Shown here piece after piece: positions 10,082 through 19,873 of a stretch of 48,875 nt of DNA (position 1 is its first letter; every line of letters starts with the position of its first letter). A program made the translations under genes and the position numbers. This stretch comes from an archaeon (GTDB lineage Archaea > Asgardarchaeota > Thorarchaeia > Thorarchaeales > Thorarchaeaceae): assembly GCA_024276825.1 (NCBI GenBank), contig JAJRWI010000056.1, positions 1 to 48,875 on the forward strand, read 5' to 3'. The notes below the pieces were generated by a model, which was not told the origin of the DNA, did not search any database, and saw only the letters and a list, made by a program, of their open reading frames with translations.

Positions 10082-11332
10082 TCATTCAACAATCACAATC
10101 GACCGCTTCTCAATGGCCTTGTCGCTCATAGAGTCTTGTACCCTTACCGTGACATATTCTTCTCCTAGACCAACCCCCTTAACAAACAGTTGGAAATGCA
10201 TCGTTTCACTTGAGCCCAGAAAATTGATGACTTTCTCGGCGTTCCCCATTGAAACCTGCAGTCCATCGGAGAGTTCTACTTTTAGTTCAATATTGTCAGC
10301 TGGACCGTCACCCCGATTGATTATTAAAATGTCAAAGATCACTTCATCTCCAAGATCGCACGATATTTTTGAAGGGGTGAGTTCAAGAGCAAGGTCAGCA
10401 GGAGCTCTCGAGATTCTGAAACCGATGGAGTTGCTGACCTTGTGTGCAAGTACTGATTCACCTTCAAGAGTCAACTTGAATGGTCCAACTGTGCCATCCC
10501 CACTCAATACTGGAGTCAGCTCAAACAGCCATGATTCTTCAGTTGCTGGCTCATGAGAGATGGCTGGCTCTTTTGTAAATCTCAAGCTGCTTGATAGATT
10601 AAATCTACATTCGGTCACCCTCACTGGAACAGGACTCTTATAGATGAGCTCAAATTCAATTGGCACCTTTACGCTTACCTCATCAGATTCAGGCCCTGCC
10701 CATTCAATACGGACCTCAGTCTCATTGGCCAGTCTAACCGACTCGCTCAGAAACAAGACCATCTCCTCTTCAGCAGGCCTTGGTTTGACCTTGCTAATCA
10801 CACGATCAAGATGATCTTGTGAGAGAGTCACACCTTCAAAGAGTATTCTCACAGAATGCTGTGCAAAATCGTATTCTGGACATGCTGGTTTCTTGCCGCC
10901 TGCGACCCTCTTCTCAGCCTTTCTGAAGAGATTTACTGCAGAGTCAAAGTTTCTTGATGCCAACAAACAGAGCACACCCATTGAGAGTGCTCGTGTAGAG
11001 TCCTGCATTTTTTTCTCCCTGAAGAAATGGTCTGATGCCTCGGAATATAGAGTGCCAGCCTCATCGTACATCTTGTCTGTGAGGAGTACTTCGGCGGCGG
11101 CAATTTTCATTTCTGCCGCCCGAATGTGATTTTCATCTTCAAGTGCAGCATATGCTGCCTCACGGTAGTATTTTACAGCAAACTCTACTTTTCCTTCTTG
11201 AAGAAAGAGTTGAGCTGCCCTTTCAAACTCTACACTTGCATAGTCGGGATAATCCTCATCTAGCTCCTTTAGGGCCTTATCAATATGCTTCTTTGCTTTC
11301 TTAATTGGGTCTTTCTTTAGGAACTTGAACAT
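10082..11332 (-). CDS. SNAP-like solenoid fused to two C-terminal Ig-like (CARDB/DUF11-type) beta domains
   Basis: PDYASVEFERAAQLF, AVKYYREAA repeats; C-terminal DILIINRGDGPADNIELKVELSDGL Ig-like signature. Confidence 0.65.
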   Translation of the reverse strand: MFKFLKKDPIKKAKKHIDKALKELDEDYPDYASVEFERAAQLFLQEGKVEFAVKYYREAAYAALEDENHIRAAEMKIAAAEVLLTDKMYDEAGTLYSEASDHFFREKKMQDSTRALSMGVLCLLASRNFDSAVNLFRKAEKRVAGGKKPACPEYDFAQHSVRILFEGVTLSQDHLDRVISKVKPRPAEEEMVLFLSESVRLANETEVRIEWAGPESDEVSVKVPIEFELIYKSPVPVRVTECRFNLSSSLRFTKEPAISHEPATEESWLFELTPVLSGDGTVGPFKLTLEGESVLAHKVSNSIGFRISRAPADLALELTPSKISCDLGDEVIFDILIINRGDGPADNIELKVELSDGLQVSMGNAEKVINFLGSSETMHFQLFVKGVGLGEEYVTVRVQDSMSDKAIEKRSIVIVE

Positions 11333-11434
11333 GGGGTCGCAATCCTCATCGAAATGGTAGATGTCCCCCTTTTGAGTTTTATCTACAATTGCAAATCCGT
11401 TAGAGATTAATCCAGATGGGTCTATTGTTCAAGC

Positions 11435-12649
11435 ATGCCAGAATCGAATGATGTTCCCATATACTGGACTGACCCTTATAGGAAAGAGTTTGACATAGAG
11501 ATAATTGAATGCAAGAAGAATGGTGATTTTTTTGAGATCAAAATAAAACCAGAGTGTCTGCGAGCTGCGGGTGGAGGACAAGCAGGGGACAGGGCAACAC
11601 TTGAGATTAATGGAAAGATTGCAAGTGTTCTTGACACTGTATCGAGAGAGGGTGAGCTTGTTCTGTTATGTGACACCAAATTCAATGTGGGTGACAAGGG
11701 CAGGCTAATTGTTGACATGAACTGGCGTCTTGCAATGATGCGAAATCACTCAGCTGAACATCTTTTTGCCGGGCATATAGTCCGAAGCATTGAAGGTGCG
11801 AAGCTTGGCTACATATGGATTGATGGTGAGCATGGCACAATCGATATTGATAATGTGCGACTCACATTCGAGCAGGTGTTTGCAGCAGAGAGAGAGGTCC
11901 AGAAGGCCATCATCCAAGACTTGCCTGTTGAAACCGAGATTCATTCTGCAGGTGATCTTGAGCCAGAAATAAGAGCACGTGAAGGAGTCATAAGAAAGCA
12001 CGAAAAGATTAGAATCGTGAGAGTTGAGGGTCATGACTCATCAGCATGTTCGGGCACTCATGTTTCGCGAACTGGAGAGATAGAGTTCTTTAAAATCATT
12101 GATGTGCATAATACTGACACAGGAACACGACTGGAGTTCTTGACCAGTGGAAAGGCGGTGTCATTGGTCACAGACACATTCAATCTTGCACTCTCCCGAA
12201 AGTATGATTATCCCTTTGAAATGGAACAGCTGGGCGCAATCCTCGACAAGGGCAAGAAAGCGATTGAACAACGTGCATCTATGGTGAGCACAATTGAGAG
12301 TTTAATGCTCAATGAGGGACTGTTTGAGGACATTAACGGTGTTCGATTCAAGACATATTATATGGAAGGATTCGAGAACCGCGATATTAAATCAATCATT
12401 AGGAAGCTCCGCTCGGATGTCAGAGAGATACGTCTGTTCTTCATTCCAGGAGAGAAGTGTAATCTGACTGTCTGGACGAATGACTTGCCACATTCTGCAA
12501 ATGAGTATGTGAACAATATTGTAAGTTCTCATGGTGGAAGGGGTGGTGGAAGTGACAGGGTCTATACAGGGGGCTTCATAGATGTGAAGGATCCATTTGT
12601 TCTATATGAACAGATAGTGCAGGGAGTCAGAGAACGGTTAATGTTTTGA
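11435..12649 (+). CDS. alaX: Alanyl-tRNA editing protein AlaX (long form with DHHA1/C-Ala-like domain)
   Basis: GGGQAGD, NHSAEH (HxxxH), CSGTH (CxxxH), C-terminal GGRGGG. Confidence 0.88.
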   Translation: MPESNDVPIYWTDPYRKEFDIEIIECKKNGDFFEIKIKPECLRAAGGGQAGDRATLEINGKIASVLDTVSREGELVLLCDTKFNVGDKGRLIVDMNWRLAMMRNHSAEHLFAGHIVRSIEGAKLGYIWIDGEHGTIDIDNVRLTFEQVFAAEREVQKAIIQDLPVETEIHSAGDLEPEIRAREGVIRKHEKIRIVRVEGHDSSACSGTHVSRTGEIEFFKIIDVHNTDTGTRLEFLTSGKAVSLVTDTFNLALSRKYDYPFEMEQLGAILDKGKKAIEQRASMVSTIESLMLNEGLFEDINGVRFKTYYMEGFENRDIKSIIRKLRSDVREIRLFFIPGEKCNLTVWTNDLPHSANEYVNNIVSSHGGRGGGSDRVYTGGFIDVKDPFVLYEQIVQGVRERLMF

Positions 12650-12651
12650 TA

Positions 12652-13107
12652 TCAGGTAAGACCGTGTTTCTTTGCAATATCGCTCCAGAACTTCTTAACA
12701 GCCCACGGCACTGCAAAGAACTCCTCACGAAAGCCATCAAAGTTGAAGCCCTGAACCATCTGCTCCTGAGAGGTCCCAATTACTCCAGTGGATTCATCAT
12801 AGTCGAAACAGACTTCAGCATATTTGCGATTGAATGAGAGTAAGTCAAGAAGCACCTCTTCTCGCTTTTCCTTAGGGATCTTATCAAGTGGGTAGATGTC
12901 GCAATATACCTGTACCCAGCGCTCTCCAATTCCAATCTTGATTGTGTATTTGAAGTATAGGTCACTGTCCTCTGTGGGCTCGGGAGCTGCAGGTTGTTCA
13001 TCCTTACGTTCGGTGAATATTAATTCGAAACAACTCTCTTCATCATTCCATTTGTATTTCATCTTTAGGAGGTCCAGATAATCTGCAACTTGTGCTCGGA
13101 GGTCCAT
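12652..13107 (-). CDS. YbjN-like (secretion-chaperone fold) protein
   Basis: About 150 aa acidic alpha/beta pattern (VADYLDLLKMKY, LLDLLSFNRKY..VCFDYDE); ATG 13107 chosen as start. Confidence 0.55.
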   Translation of the reverse strand: MDLRAQVADYLDLLKMKYKWNDEESCFELIFTERKDEQPAAPEPTEDSDLYFKYTIKIGIGERWVQVYCDIYPLDKIPKEKREEVLLDLLSFNRKYAEVCFDYDESTGVIGTSQEQMVQGFNFDGFREEFFAVPWAVKKFWSDIAKKHGLT

Positions 13108-13162
13108 CTTAATCAACCAAATAAAACAGCCGCATTGCTGATTTAAATGGTATGTTTCAGAT

Positions 13163-14761
13163 TCAATCAATAATAGTCACAAGTGTCCAGTTGACATAGT
13201 ATACAGACATTGTATCTCTACCACTGATCACATTGTCCTCCAGATGAACCGTGTATAGGGTGGTCACCGCACCGGGCATGAGTTGCAGCCACCACCGCAT
13301 AAGTTCATTAAAGAACACAAAATACTCACATCCATGGTCTCGTAGATAGATTAGAGTCTGAAGAGAAGACATATTTCCATGAATAATGTCCGGGCTGACA
13401 AGTCCAGCCAGGTCAATGACTGTTCGATTCGAGAAGAAACGGATGGCACCCGCGTCATGAATAGCAAGGACTGCATCCTCAGGGGTGTTCTCGTAAAGCC
13501 ACTTTCCAATTGCCACTTGTTGCTCATTGATGTTCTTCACAGCATTGCCATAGAGGTCCGCCTGATACATGTAACTCTCAACGATCGGAACAATGAGCAG
13601 AAGTATGAGGACAATACCAACCAACATCTCAATAGACAGTTCCTTCTTGACCTCTGGTCGATATTTGATCAAACGCTCCATGAGGGTGGCAAGTCCCCCA
13701 ACAGCCGCAATCATCAGCAGGTCAAATATCGGGACAAGGTATCTTGCATTATTGATCAATGAGAGGTAAGGAAGTGTCATACGATAAAGAATAGTGAGTG
13801 ATACAGCCAATATCCAGCAATAGGGTGCTTTCTTAGCAACCAGCACAATGCCAAGAATCGCACCTATCAAAATGTGTGGCATCTGAAATATGAAGTAGTT
13901 CCACCAGAAGTTCCAAACAGCAATCTCTTCTTCTGTTGGCACATGGACTTTTGCATAGAATGTATCGGGCAGAGGAAGACCAGTTACTGAAAGGCAATGT
14001 AGAATCCAAGGCATTACTACAAGAACTGCAATAACGCCCATGAGCAGAAACGAACCAATCCTTTGCAGACTAACTTTACGCTGTGTTACTGCAATCAAGA
14101 ATCGAAGTGGGACACATACAACAATAAGGAGAATGCCCTCTGGTCGCGAGAGAAAGGCCAGACCACATATAACACCAAGAGCAATGTCAAAACGCACACC
14201 ATCTCGTTCCAGTAGAAATACGGCTAGGAGAAGTATGAACATGAACAGGGGGGTTTCCATCCCTGATAGCATCAACCATGTGTTTCGAGGAACCATAACA
14301 AAGCCAATCATTCCAATGATGGCAACATAGTCGCGTTGGGTGTAGCCCCACAGCAGTCTTCCAACAATGAACGTGCAGGCAATATAGAATATTGATGAGA
14401 TGACATAAACACCCCAGACCAGCTGGACGGGGTCCCGTGTGAAGACAAACAGCGATGAAAGAATCAATGACCAGAGTGGGCTTGTAGAACCAGTGCTCGG
14501 ATATCCTGGGGAATATTCCCAGGGTGTGCCTTCATATATGGTTCTTGCAAATTGAAGATGAATCCATGAGTCATCAAGAGTAAGGCCAGGCTGAGTCCAA
14601 TTAAGCATTGTTAGAATATAATGGATCACTGAAAGTGTCGTAATAATAGTTGCCAAGAGCAAGTATAATAGCGTATGTCGTTGCATGAGATTCTTGATGG
14701 AAACCCAAGCATTAGAAACAATCACTCTGAGAGTTCCAATAACACGCTCCTTAACACTCAT
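13163..14761 (-). CDS. GT-C fold integral membrane glycosyltransferase (ArnT/PMT-like)
   Basis: LDDSWIH, STGSTSPLW, SGMETP, LSRPEG, RYLVP, DAGAIRF, DLAGL; many TM segments. Confidence 0.8.
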   Translation of the reverse strand: MSVKERVIGTLRVIVSNAWVSIKNLMQRHTLLYLLLATIITTLSVIHYILTMLNWTQPGLTLDDSWIHLQFARTIYEGTPWEYSPGYPSTGSTSPLWSLILSSLFVFTRDPVQLVWGVYVISSIFYIACTFIVGRLLWGYTQRDYVAIIGMIGFVMVPRNTWLMLSGMETPLFMFILLLAVFLLERDGVRFDIALGVICGLAFLSRPEGILLIVVCVPLRFLIAVTQRKVSLQRIGSFLLMGVIAVLVVMPWILHCLSVTGLPLPDTFYAKVHVPTEEEIAVWNFWWNYFIFQMPHILIGAILGIVLVAKKAPYCWILAVSLTILYRMTLPYLSLINNARYLVPIFDLLMIAAVGGLATLMERLIKYRPEVKKELSIEMLVGIVLILLLIVPIVESYMYQADLYGNAVKNINEQQVAIGKWLYENTPEDAVLAIHDAGAIRFFSNRTVIDLAGLVSPDIIHGNMSSLQTLIYLRDHGCEYFVFFNELMRWWLQLMPGAVTTLYTVHLEDNVISGRDTMSVYYVNWTLVTIID

Positions 14762-14945
14762 TACTTTACATCTCACTGATTGAGTTTTCTACATAATATG
14801 AACGAATATAATTTGTTCGACGCGGAATTACTTTCGGCCATCTCTCCCCACGCTATTAGAGTTCGATTCAGTGGACAGCGTTTGATGAATATCTCCAAAG
14901 GATTTCGCACTGATTATCTATTGAGCTCAAAGCGGGGAATGAATA

Positions 14946-16079
14946 ATGGCCATAGAACAAGTTATGCAGACTCGTCTGCCAATAGAGGACTTGCAGTTCT
15001 TAAAGAGTCATACTCTTTTTACTCCCCCCGGCATTTTCATAGAAACCGCAAGATATCCAATTCTAAATGCAGGTGTTCTCGCATCCCCCTACCCTCTCGA
15101 GACCCTGTCCATCTATGACCATCCTGAATCATGGCGCGGTCTTGGTCGCGACGCCATCCTCGCTATGAGAAGGCATCTCTATAGCATCGTGATCCCCGTA
15201 AATGCAAGAGAGATGCAGCCAAAGCAGATCATCGATTCCCTGCAGACAATCGCTCTTTCCGTGAATCCTGTCGCATTAGGCGTGGAGGTGGAAGGCTTGC
15301 CCCCACGCCACCTTTATTCTTCTGAGGGTCAACTTCCTGCAGGACCCGTAGTCAAGGCCAGATCATTGGAGATTCTTTCTAAGCCTGAAATAAGTAGAGT
15401 GGCCCAGAAAATCACAGACAAGGACATTCCAGCCGCTGAAGGAATCTGGAAGCTCTTCGAGTATGATTACTCTCTTGAACAAATCACGCGGATTCTTGCT
15501 GTGGGCCTTCTTGGCATGAAGAAGAATCGAAGGATGATGACTATAAGGAGCGCTTATCGAATTGTGATTGACACTTACATAAATGAAGTCATCATGAATT
15601 TGATTGATCAGTCTCAGATTGAAGACTTTGAGATATATATTGGGAAGTGCTGTAATGACTCATTCACAATACTGGCTTCACCAGGCGAGTCAAGAGTTGA
15701 TTACATACGGCTTGAGAAATATGGCCCACATATATCAAGAGGAGTAAGCATTGATGACCCCAAGCTTTCAAGAGATGATAGCCGAGCTGGCAATTTTGCA
15801 AACTTTGCAAGATACTCTGCATTCAGGCATCTTCTAAAGAAGCAGGCAAATGCTCACCTCATAATATTTCATCATACTGCAATTTCTGAGAATCAGATCA
15901 TCACACCATGGATTGCTCGCGCTGGAACACATGATGCCTTATCAAAGGACCCCATAGTGATTCAAGACCTTAATGGGGCAATTGAAATTCTTGACTCCAT
16001 ATTGCCCTTAGGACTAAAGACTTGGGTCCATGACACACCATTGATCAACCGTGTCAAGAAGCATCTTGTTCTTGTTTAG
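14946..16079 (+). CDS. nre: Divergent Nre-family DNA repair protein lacking the N-terminal Zn finger
   Basis: TPPGIFI..RYP, DHPESW, LAVGLLG..KNRRMM correspond to Nre PPSVFVG..YP, DxPxxW and LSAGLLG..RRLVPTRW as recalled. Confidence 0.65.
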   Translation: MAIEQVMQTRLPIEDLQFLKSHTLFTPPGIFIETARYPILNAGVLASPYPLETLSIYDHPESWRGLGRDAILAMRRHLYSIVIPVNAREMQPKQIIDSLQTIALSVNPVALGVEVEGLPPRHLYSSEGQLPAGPVVKARSLEILSKPEISRVAQKITDKDIPAAEGIWKLFEYDYSLEQITRILAVGLLGMKKNRRMMTIRSAYRIVIDTYINEVIMNLIDQSQIEDFEIYIGKCCNDSFTILASPGESRVDYIRLEKYGPHISRGVSIDDPKLSRDDSRAGNFANFARYSAFRHLLKKQANAHLIIFHHTAISENQIITPWIARAGTHDALSKDPIVIQDLNGAIEILDSILPLGLKTWVHDTPLINRVKKHLVLV

Positions 16080-16188
16080 AATGGTCTACTCAAGAGGGTC
16101 ACACACAAATCAACAATCGCCTGATTCTCGAGTGGCCTTGCAATGCATATAATTAATCTGCGTTTCTCATGTTTACATTAAAATCGGT

Positions 16189-16215
16189 GAGAGAGAGAAA
16201 AAAAAGAAAGAAGGA
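16189..16215 (-). terminator. Polypyrimidine/T-tract terminator of the Zn-ribbon gene pair
   Basis: Minus strand reads CCTTCTTTCTTTTTTTTCTCTCTCTC shortly after the stop at 16228. Confidence 0.55.
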
Positions 16216-16227
16216 TTAGGAATATTC

Positions 16228-17196
16228 CTATACCTTCTCCTTAGCCTCCTTTCTTGAAACACCCTTGTAGAACAGGACAAGACCAAGTATAAACAGAATT
16301 CCTCCTGTAAGGTTTCCAAATCCCATGAGTTGTTGAGGTCCAAGATATCCATTGGCCATAGCGATAAGAGCACCGCCTATGCCCAAAAACAGAAGGCCTG
16401 AAACAATGCCCATCGCTCTGAATGCCATAGATCGCGGGTATTTACTCTCTATGACATATCCCGTAGAAGCAGACACTGATGCCCGATACTTCGAGTTTCC
16501 ATATCTATAAGTGAGTTCCCACACGGGGATATGAATGAGAAAAGTCTCACCGACATCAATATTATCATCACGGCGTTCTATCTTGTCAACCTCTTGCAAA
16601 ATCAGAGCTGTCTGGTTTTCATATGCCTTTTTCCTTGCGAACTCTTTGGCCTGCTCTTCAGAGACCTTGCTGTGCAGAACTACACCATCATATTCTTCAG
16701 CATGGGAGTGACTGAAGTATTCATTTGCTCTTGTGGGAATTGGAAAGTTCTTGATGTCCTCATCAATGTCCTCTATTCCGGGAGTCTTGATCTCATATCG
16801 TCGGATGAACTTTCCAGACTCGGGTTTCCAGAAATAGCTGAATCGCTTGTAAGCACCAGGATACTGGGGCCAAGGATCATGGAAGGTGGCATCGCGTCCG
16901 AGACCATGGTATTCGGTATGTGCATCAACCCGCGAAACCCAGAAGGGATACCAGACTTGCTTGTATTCCACAAATCGCGCCTTTGCCGCAAGGTCTTCAG
17001 GAACACCTAATTGTTTTGAAAGCCAATCAAGAAGCACAGCTTGAGCCTCATGTTGAGCAAAGTGCACACGTATCATGTAGTGGTTCTTGAACTTGGCACC
17101 TTCTATAGTCTGGGCAGTTCCACAATAAGGACACACCAGCAGGACATCGCCGGGACCAGTTTCAAAATCAGCATCACAAAAAGCACATCTTGCCAT
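16228..17196 (-). CDS. N-terminal Zn-ribbon protein with C-terminal TM hairpin (paralogue A)
   Basis: CAFC...CPYCG; YPFW and HIPVW..Y.Y motifs; two C-terminal TM helices; ATG 17196 with GGGGTG RBS. Confidence 0.8.
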   Translation of the reverse strand: MARCAFCDADFETGPGDVLLVCPYCGTAQTIEGAKFKNHYMIRVHFAQHEAQAVLLDWLSKQLGVPEDLAAKARFVEYKQVWYPFWVSRVDAHTEYHGLGRDATFHDPWPQYPGAYKRFSYFWKPESGKFIRRYEIKTPGIEDIDEDIKNFPIPTRANEYFSHSHAEEYDGVVLHSKVSEEQAKEFARKKAYENQTALILQEVDKIERRDDNIDVGETFLIHIPVWELTYRYGNSKYRASVSASTGYVIESKYPRSMAFRAMGIVSGLLFLGIGGALIAMANGYLGPQQLMGFGNLTGGILFILGLVLFYKGVSRKEAKEKV

Positions 17197-17201
17197 GGTT
17201 A

Positions 17202-18227
17202 TCACCCCTTCTTCTCCCGCTGAGTCATCAGCATTGTCTTGAATCCAAATATGGCCATTATCAACCCAATGATTGCACCAGCAGCTCCAAGCCCAATCAT
17301 TGACCATATCTCAGCATCCCAGTTGTTAATCAGCAGCTCAGCACCGATTCCTGAGATGATTGTGCCAATGAATCCAATCATAGCCCAGATTATTCTCTGA
17401 CCGCGAGTGATTGGAATCTCACCAAGAACAACATCACCAGTGTTTCCATCAATGGCACACTTGTAAAGATCTCCCTGAAACTTGTATCTGATGAGTGCAA
17501 ACGGGGCCTGAAGATATGTTGTTCCTCGCACCTGAGTCTGAGTTCTGCAGTCGAATAGCTCGGTGAGACCCGACTTTGCCATCTCACGATGTCTGTCAGC
17601 AACACGACCATTAATTGTCTTTTCAAACTCTTCAGCACCAATCTCGGCATTAAGGATGATTGGGTTCTGGTCCTTAATCCTATTAAAGTCCCATTTCTCA
17701 GTCTTGCTGAGGTCTATCTTTTCCAGATATTCTTCAAGTCCGTAAAATCGGGCCCCCTTTCGGGCAAGGAGTCTCTCAGTAGTGTCTGTATGAATCTCGT
17801 CTTGAACTGGAACATATCCGGGCTCATAATCAGTGTAGGTTTCAGTACGATAGTTCCCATCCGAGTCGCGGACCCGTCTAGTCTTTTGAACAGGAACTTG
17901 GACTGTCTTGTAACCCTTGTACCAAGTATCTGCCTTGACCATAGCAGTCCAGACAGGGACATAGATTAGGCGGTTCTCGACCACCTCTGCCTTCTTGACA
18001 AGTGACCTGTTGATCCCCTGGTTCTTTTCTAGAAATTTCCTAAATTTTCGCTCGCGTTCTTCAGCGTCAACAGCTGATTCCATGAGGTGGTCACCAATGG
18101 CCTTTCCCTCGATAGTAGTTGTTGAACCACAGAAGGAACAAGTTATCACAACATCTTCGGGGCCAAGTTTGACATTGCCATTGCAAACAGGGCACTTGAA
18201 AACATCTGCTACTTCTGAATCTGACAT
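17202..18227 (-). CDS. N-terminal Zn-ribbon protein with C-terminal TM hairpin (paralogue B)
   Basis: CPVC...CSFCG; IYVPVW, QAPF..IRYKF, IDGNTG; two C-terminal TM helices. Confidence 0.8.
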   Translation of the reverse strand: MSDSEVADVFKCPVCNGNVKLGPEDVVITCSFCGSTTTIEGKAIGDHLMESAVDAEERERKFRKFLEKNQGINRSLVKKAEVVENRLIYVPVWTAMVKADTWYKGYKTVQVPVQKTRRVRDSDGNYRTETYTDYEPGYVPVQDEIHTDTTERLLARKGARFYGLEEYLEKIDLSKTEKWDFNRIKDQNPIILNAEIGAEEFEKTINGRVADRHREMAKSGLTELFDCRTQTQVRGTTYLQAPFALIRYKFQGDLYKCAIDGNTGDVVLGEIPITRGQRIIWAMIGFIGTIISGIGAELLINNWDAEIWSMIGLGAAGAIIGLIMAIFGFKTMLMTQREKKG

Positions 18228-18328
18228 TATCTGACTCTCCAAATAGAGTTCCTATTCTCCTAATACTTTATGAGCGTCTATTAGTATTGTGGTCATAGAT
18301 AGGGGGAGCTGGGATAGTGCCCAGACTC

Positions 18329-19477
18329 CTATCTTTTGATTTCATCTCTCAGTCTTGCCGCTGAGAACTCATGAACTCGTTCCTTGGCCTCTTCACGGGC
18401 AGCCTGATGCTTTTCCAGAAAGTCTATCATTCTGGATGCAAGAATCTGTTTGCACTCGCCGCACAAAATCTCCCCACTCCGACATTGCTGTTCAATCTTA
18501 TTAAGTTCATTGTCATCAGGCATGAAGATAAACTGGTAATATTTGAAGACTGAACAGATATCGGGGTTGGCTCCCAGCTCACGCTGTTCCTTAGCAGTTG
18601 CTCTGCCACCTGTGAAGGCATTCATGACTTTCTTTCTTGCAAGCTTTGGCTTATCAGTCGTAAGTACTGCAGACATCGGATCTGAAGCAGACATCTTGCC
18701 ACCCTCTTGCAAGCCTGGAACAAACTTGTTCTGAATAGATGCAGGTTTGTAGTAGCCAAGGCGTTCAGCCACGTCACGAGTGACCCTCCAATATGGGTCC
18801 TGATCAATAGCACACGGGATGACACAAGGTGTTTTAGTCCCATAAATCCAAGAATGGAGGAACGCAGGAACAGCTTGAAGGGCGGGCCACCAGATACCAC
18901 CGATATTCATACTATTCTCAAATCCAAAGGCAGCTTTGGCAGTGGAGAAAGTAATCTTTCTGGCAACCTGCACTCCAATTTCATAAAGTATGTCAATGTG
19001 CTCAATATCATTTATCAAGTAAGTCTTCTCGGGTTCGAACCCAACAGCAATGACATCCAGTGCGTTGTCGTATGTGAATTGCTTTACCTGATCAATACTG
19101 AGTTCAGGATTGAACCAGAACTTTTCATCATTAGTAAGCTGAAAATAGAGTGGTGTGTCGAAACGGTCTTGCAACCATTTTGTGAACATCCATGGTACAA
19201 GGTGTCCTATGTGGACACTTCCGCTTGGTCCTCTTCCAGTATAAAGAAAGAACTTGTTGCCCTTCTCGTACTCATCAAAGACCCACTTGAGGTCTCGATG
19301 AGAGAAGAAGAGTTCGCGTTCTAGAAGTATATGCTTTTCGCCCGCAAGTCTGTAGATTCGCGCCCTGAGTTTCTTGTCAATCCTCTCGGTTCCGAAGAGT
19401 TCTATCAGGCGGTCATAGTCGACCTTGCCTGAAACTTCCCAAGGAGTCACCACAAAGTCGTCATCCTTTCCTGCCAT
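18329..19477 (-). CDS. trpS: Tryptophanyl-tRNA synthetase (archaeal/eukaryal type)
   Basis: VTPWEV, YTGRGPS, HIGH, AIDQDPYW, KMSAS. Confidence 0.97.
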   Translation of the reverse strand: MAGKDDDFVVTPWEVSGKVDYDRLIELFGTERIDKKLRARIYRLAGEKHILLERELFFSHRDLKWVFDEYEKGNKFFLYTGRGPSGSVHIGHLVPWMFTKWLQDRFDTPLYFQLTNDEKFWFNPELSIDQVKQFTYDNALDVIAVGFEPEKTYLINDIEHIDILYEIGVQVARKITFSTAKAAFGFENSMNIGGIWWPALQAVPAFLHSWIYGTKTPCVIPCAIDQDPYWRVTRDVAERLGYYKPASIQNKFVPGLQEGGKMSASDPMSAVLTTDKPKLARKKVMNAFTGGRATAKEQRELGANPDICSVFKYYQFIFMPDDNELNKIEQQCRSGEILCGECKQILASRMIDFLEKHQAAREEAKERVHEFSAARLRDEIKR

Positions 19478-19569
19478 TCTTTAATTCTCCATGGATGTTC
19501 AAGTAGGTTGATTTGTTTAGGTTTGGCAATTAAGTATGATGGTGATCGTCCAATAGAGGTAACATAATA

Positions 19570-19588
19570 TAGTGAAAACATTTCACTA
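19570..19588. promoter_or_regulatory. Perfect inverted repeat TAGTGAAA-ACA-TTTCACTA upstream of the amphi-Trp/PhoU/antiporter operon
   Basis: 8-3-8 palindrome right after an AT-rich TATA-like element, 30 nt before ATG 19619. Confidence 0.55.
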
Positions 19589-19618
19589 ATAACACAATCA
19601 ATGCATTGGTGACCCGAA

Positions 19619-19873
19619 ATGAAGATTGAGGATTTTGAGTTTGAGGAGCTCAACACCCAGATTGCGTTGGCCGAGCTTCTCGAGAATATAGCAAGACAAA
19701 TCAGAGAGGGCAAAGAATTAGAGCTACCAATGCCAACTGTCAAGGATGGAATCATCAAGGTCGCGTTGGGAGAACCCATTGAAACCGGGATTGAAGTGAA
19801 TCTTAGAAAATACTTCACACACATCACAATTGAGATGTCTTGGGAGAAACCCCAGAAGGAGGGTAATCCATGA
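19619..19873 (+). CDS. amphi-Trp domain-like protein
   Basis: 84 aa; LAELLENIARQIREG helix followed by beta strands ending IEMSW. Confidence 0.7.
   Translation: MKIEDFEFEELNTQIALAELLENIARQIREGKELELPMPTVKDGIIKVALGEPIETGIEVNLRKYFTHITIEMSWEKPQKEGNP

Noticed and set aside
14855-14880. GTTCGATTC resembling a tRNA T-loop
   Set aside because: The flanks do not pair into a T-stem and no cloverleaf can be drawn.
18707-19324. 205-aa antisense ORF over trpS, and similar antisense ORFs over ths, hisS and other genes
   Set aside because: Fully overlap conserved genes on the opposite strand and show no motifs.
19516-19532. TTTAGGTTTGGCAAT resembling half a DtxR/IdeR box
   Set aside because: Only one half matches and the neighbouring genes are not iron-related.
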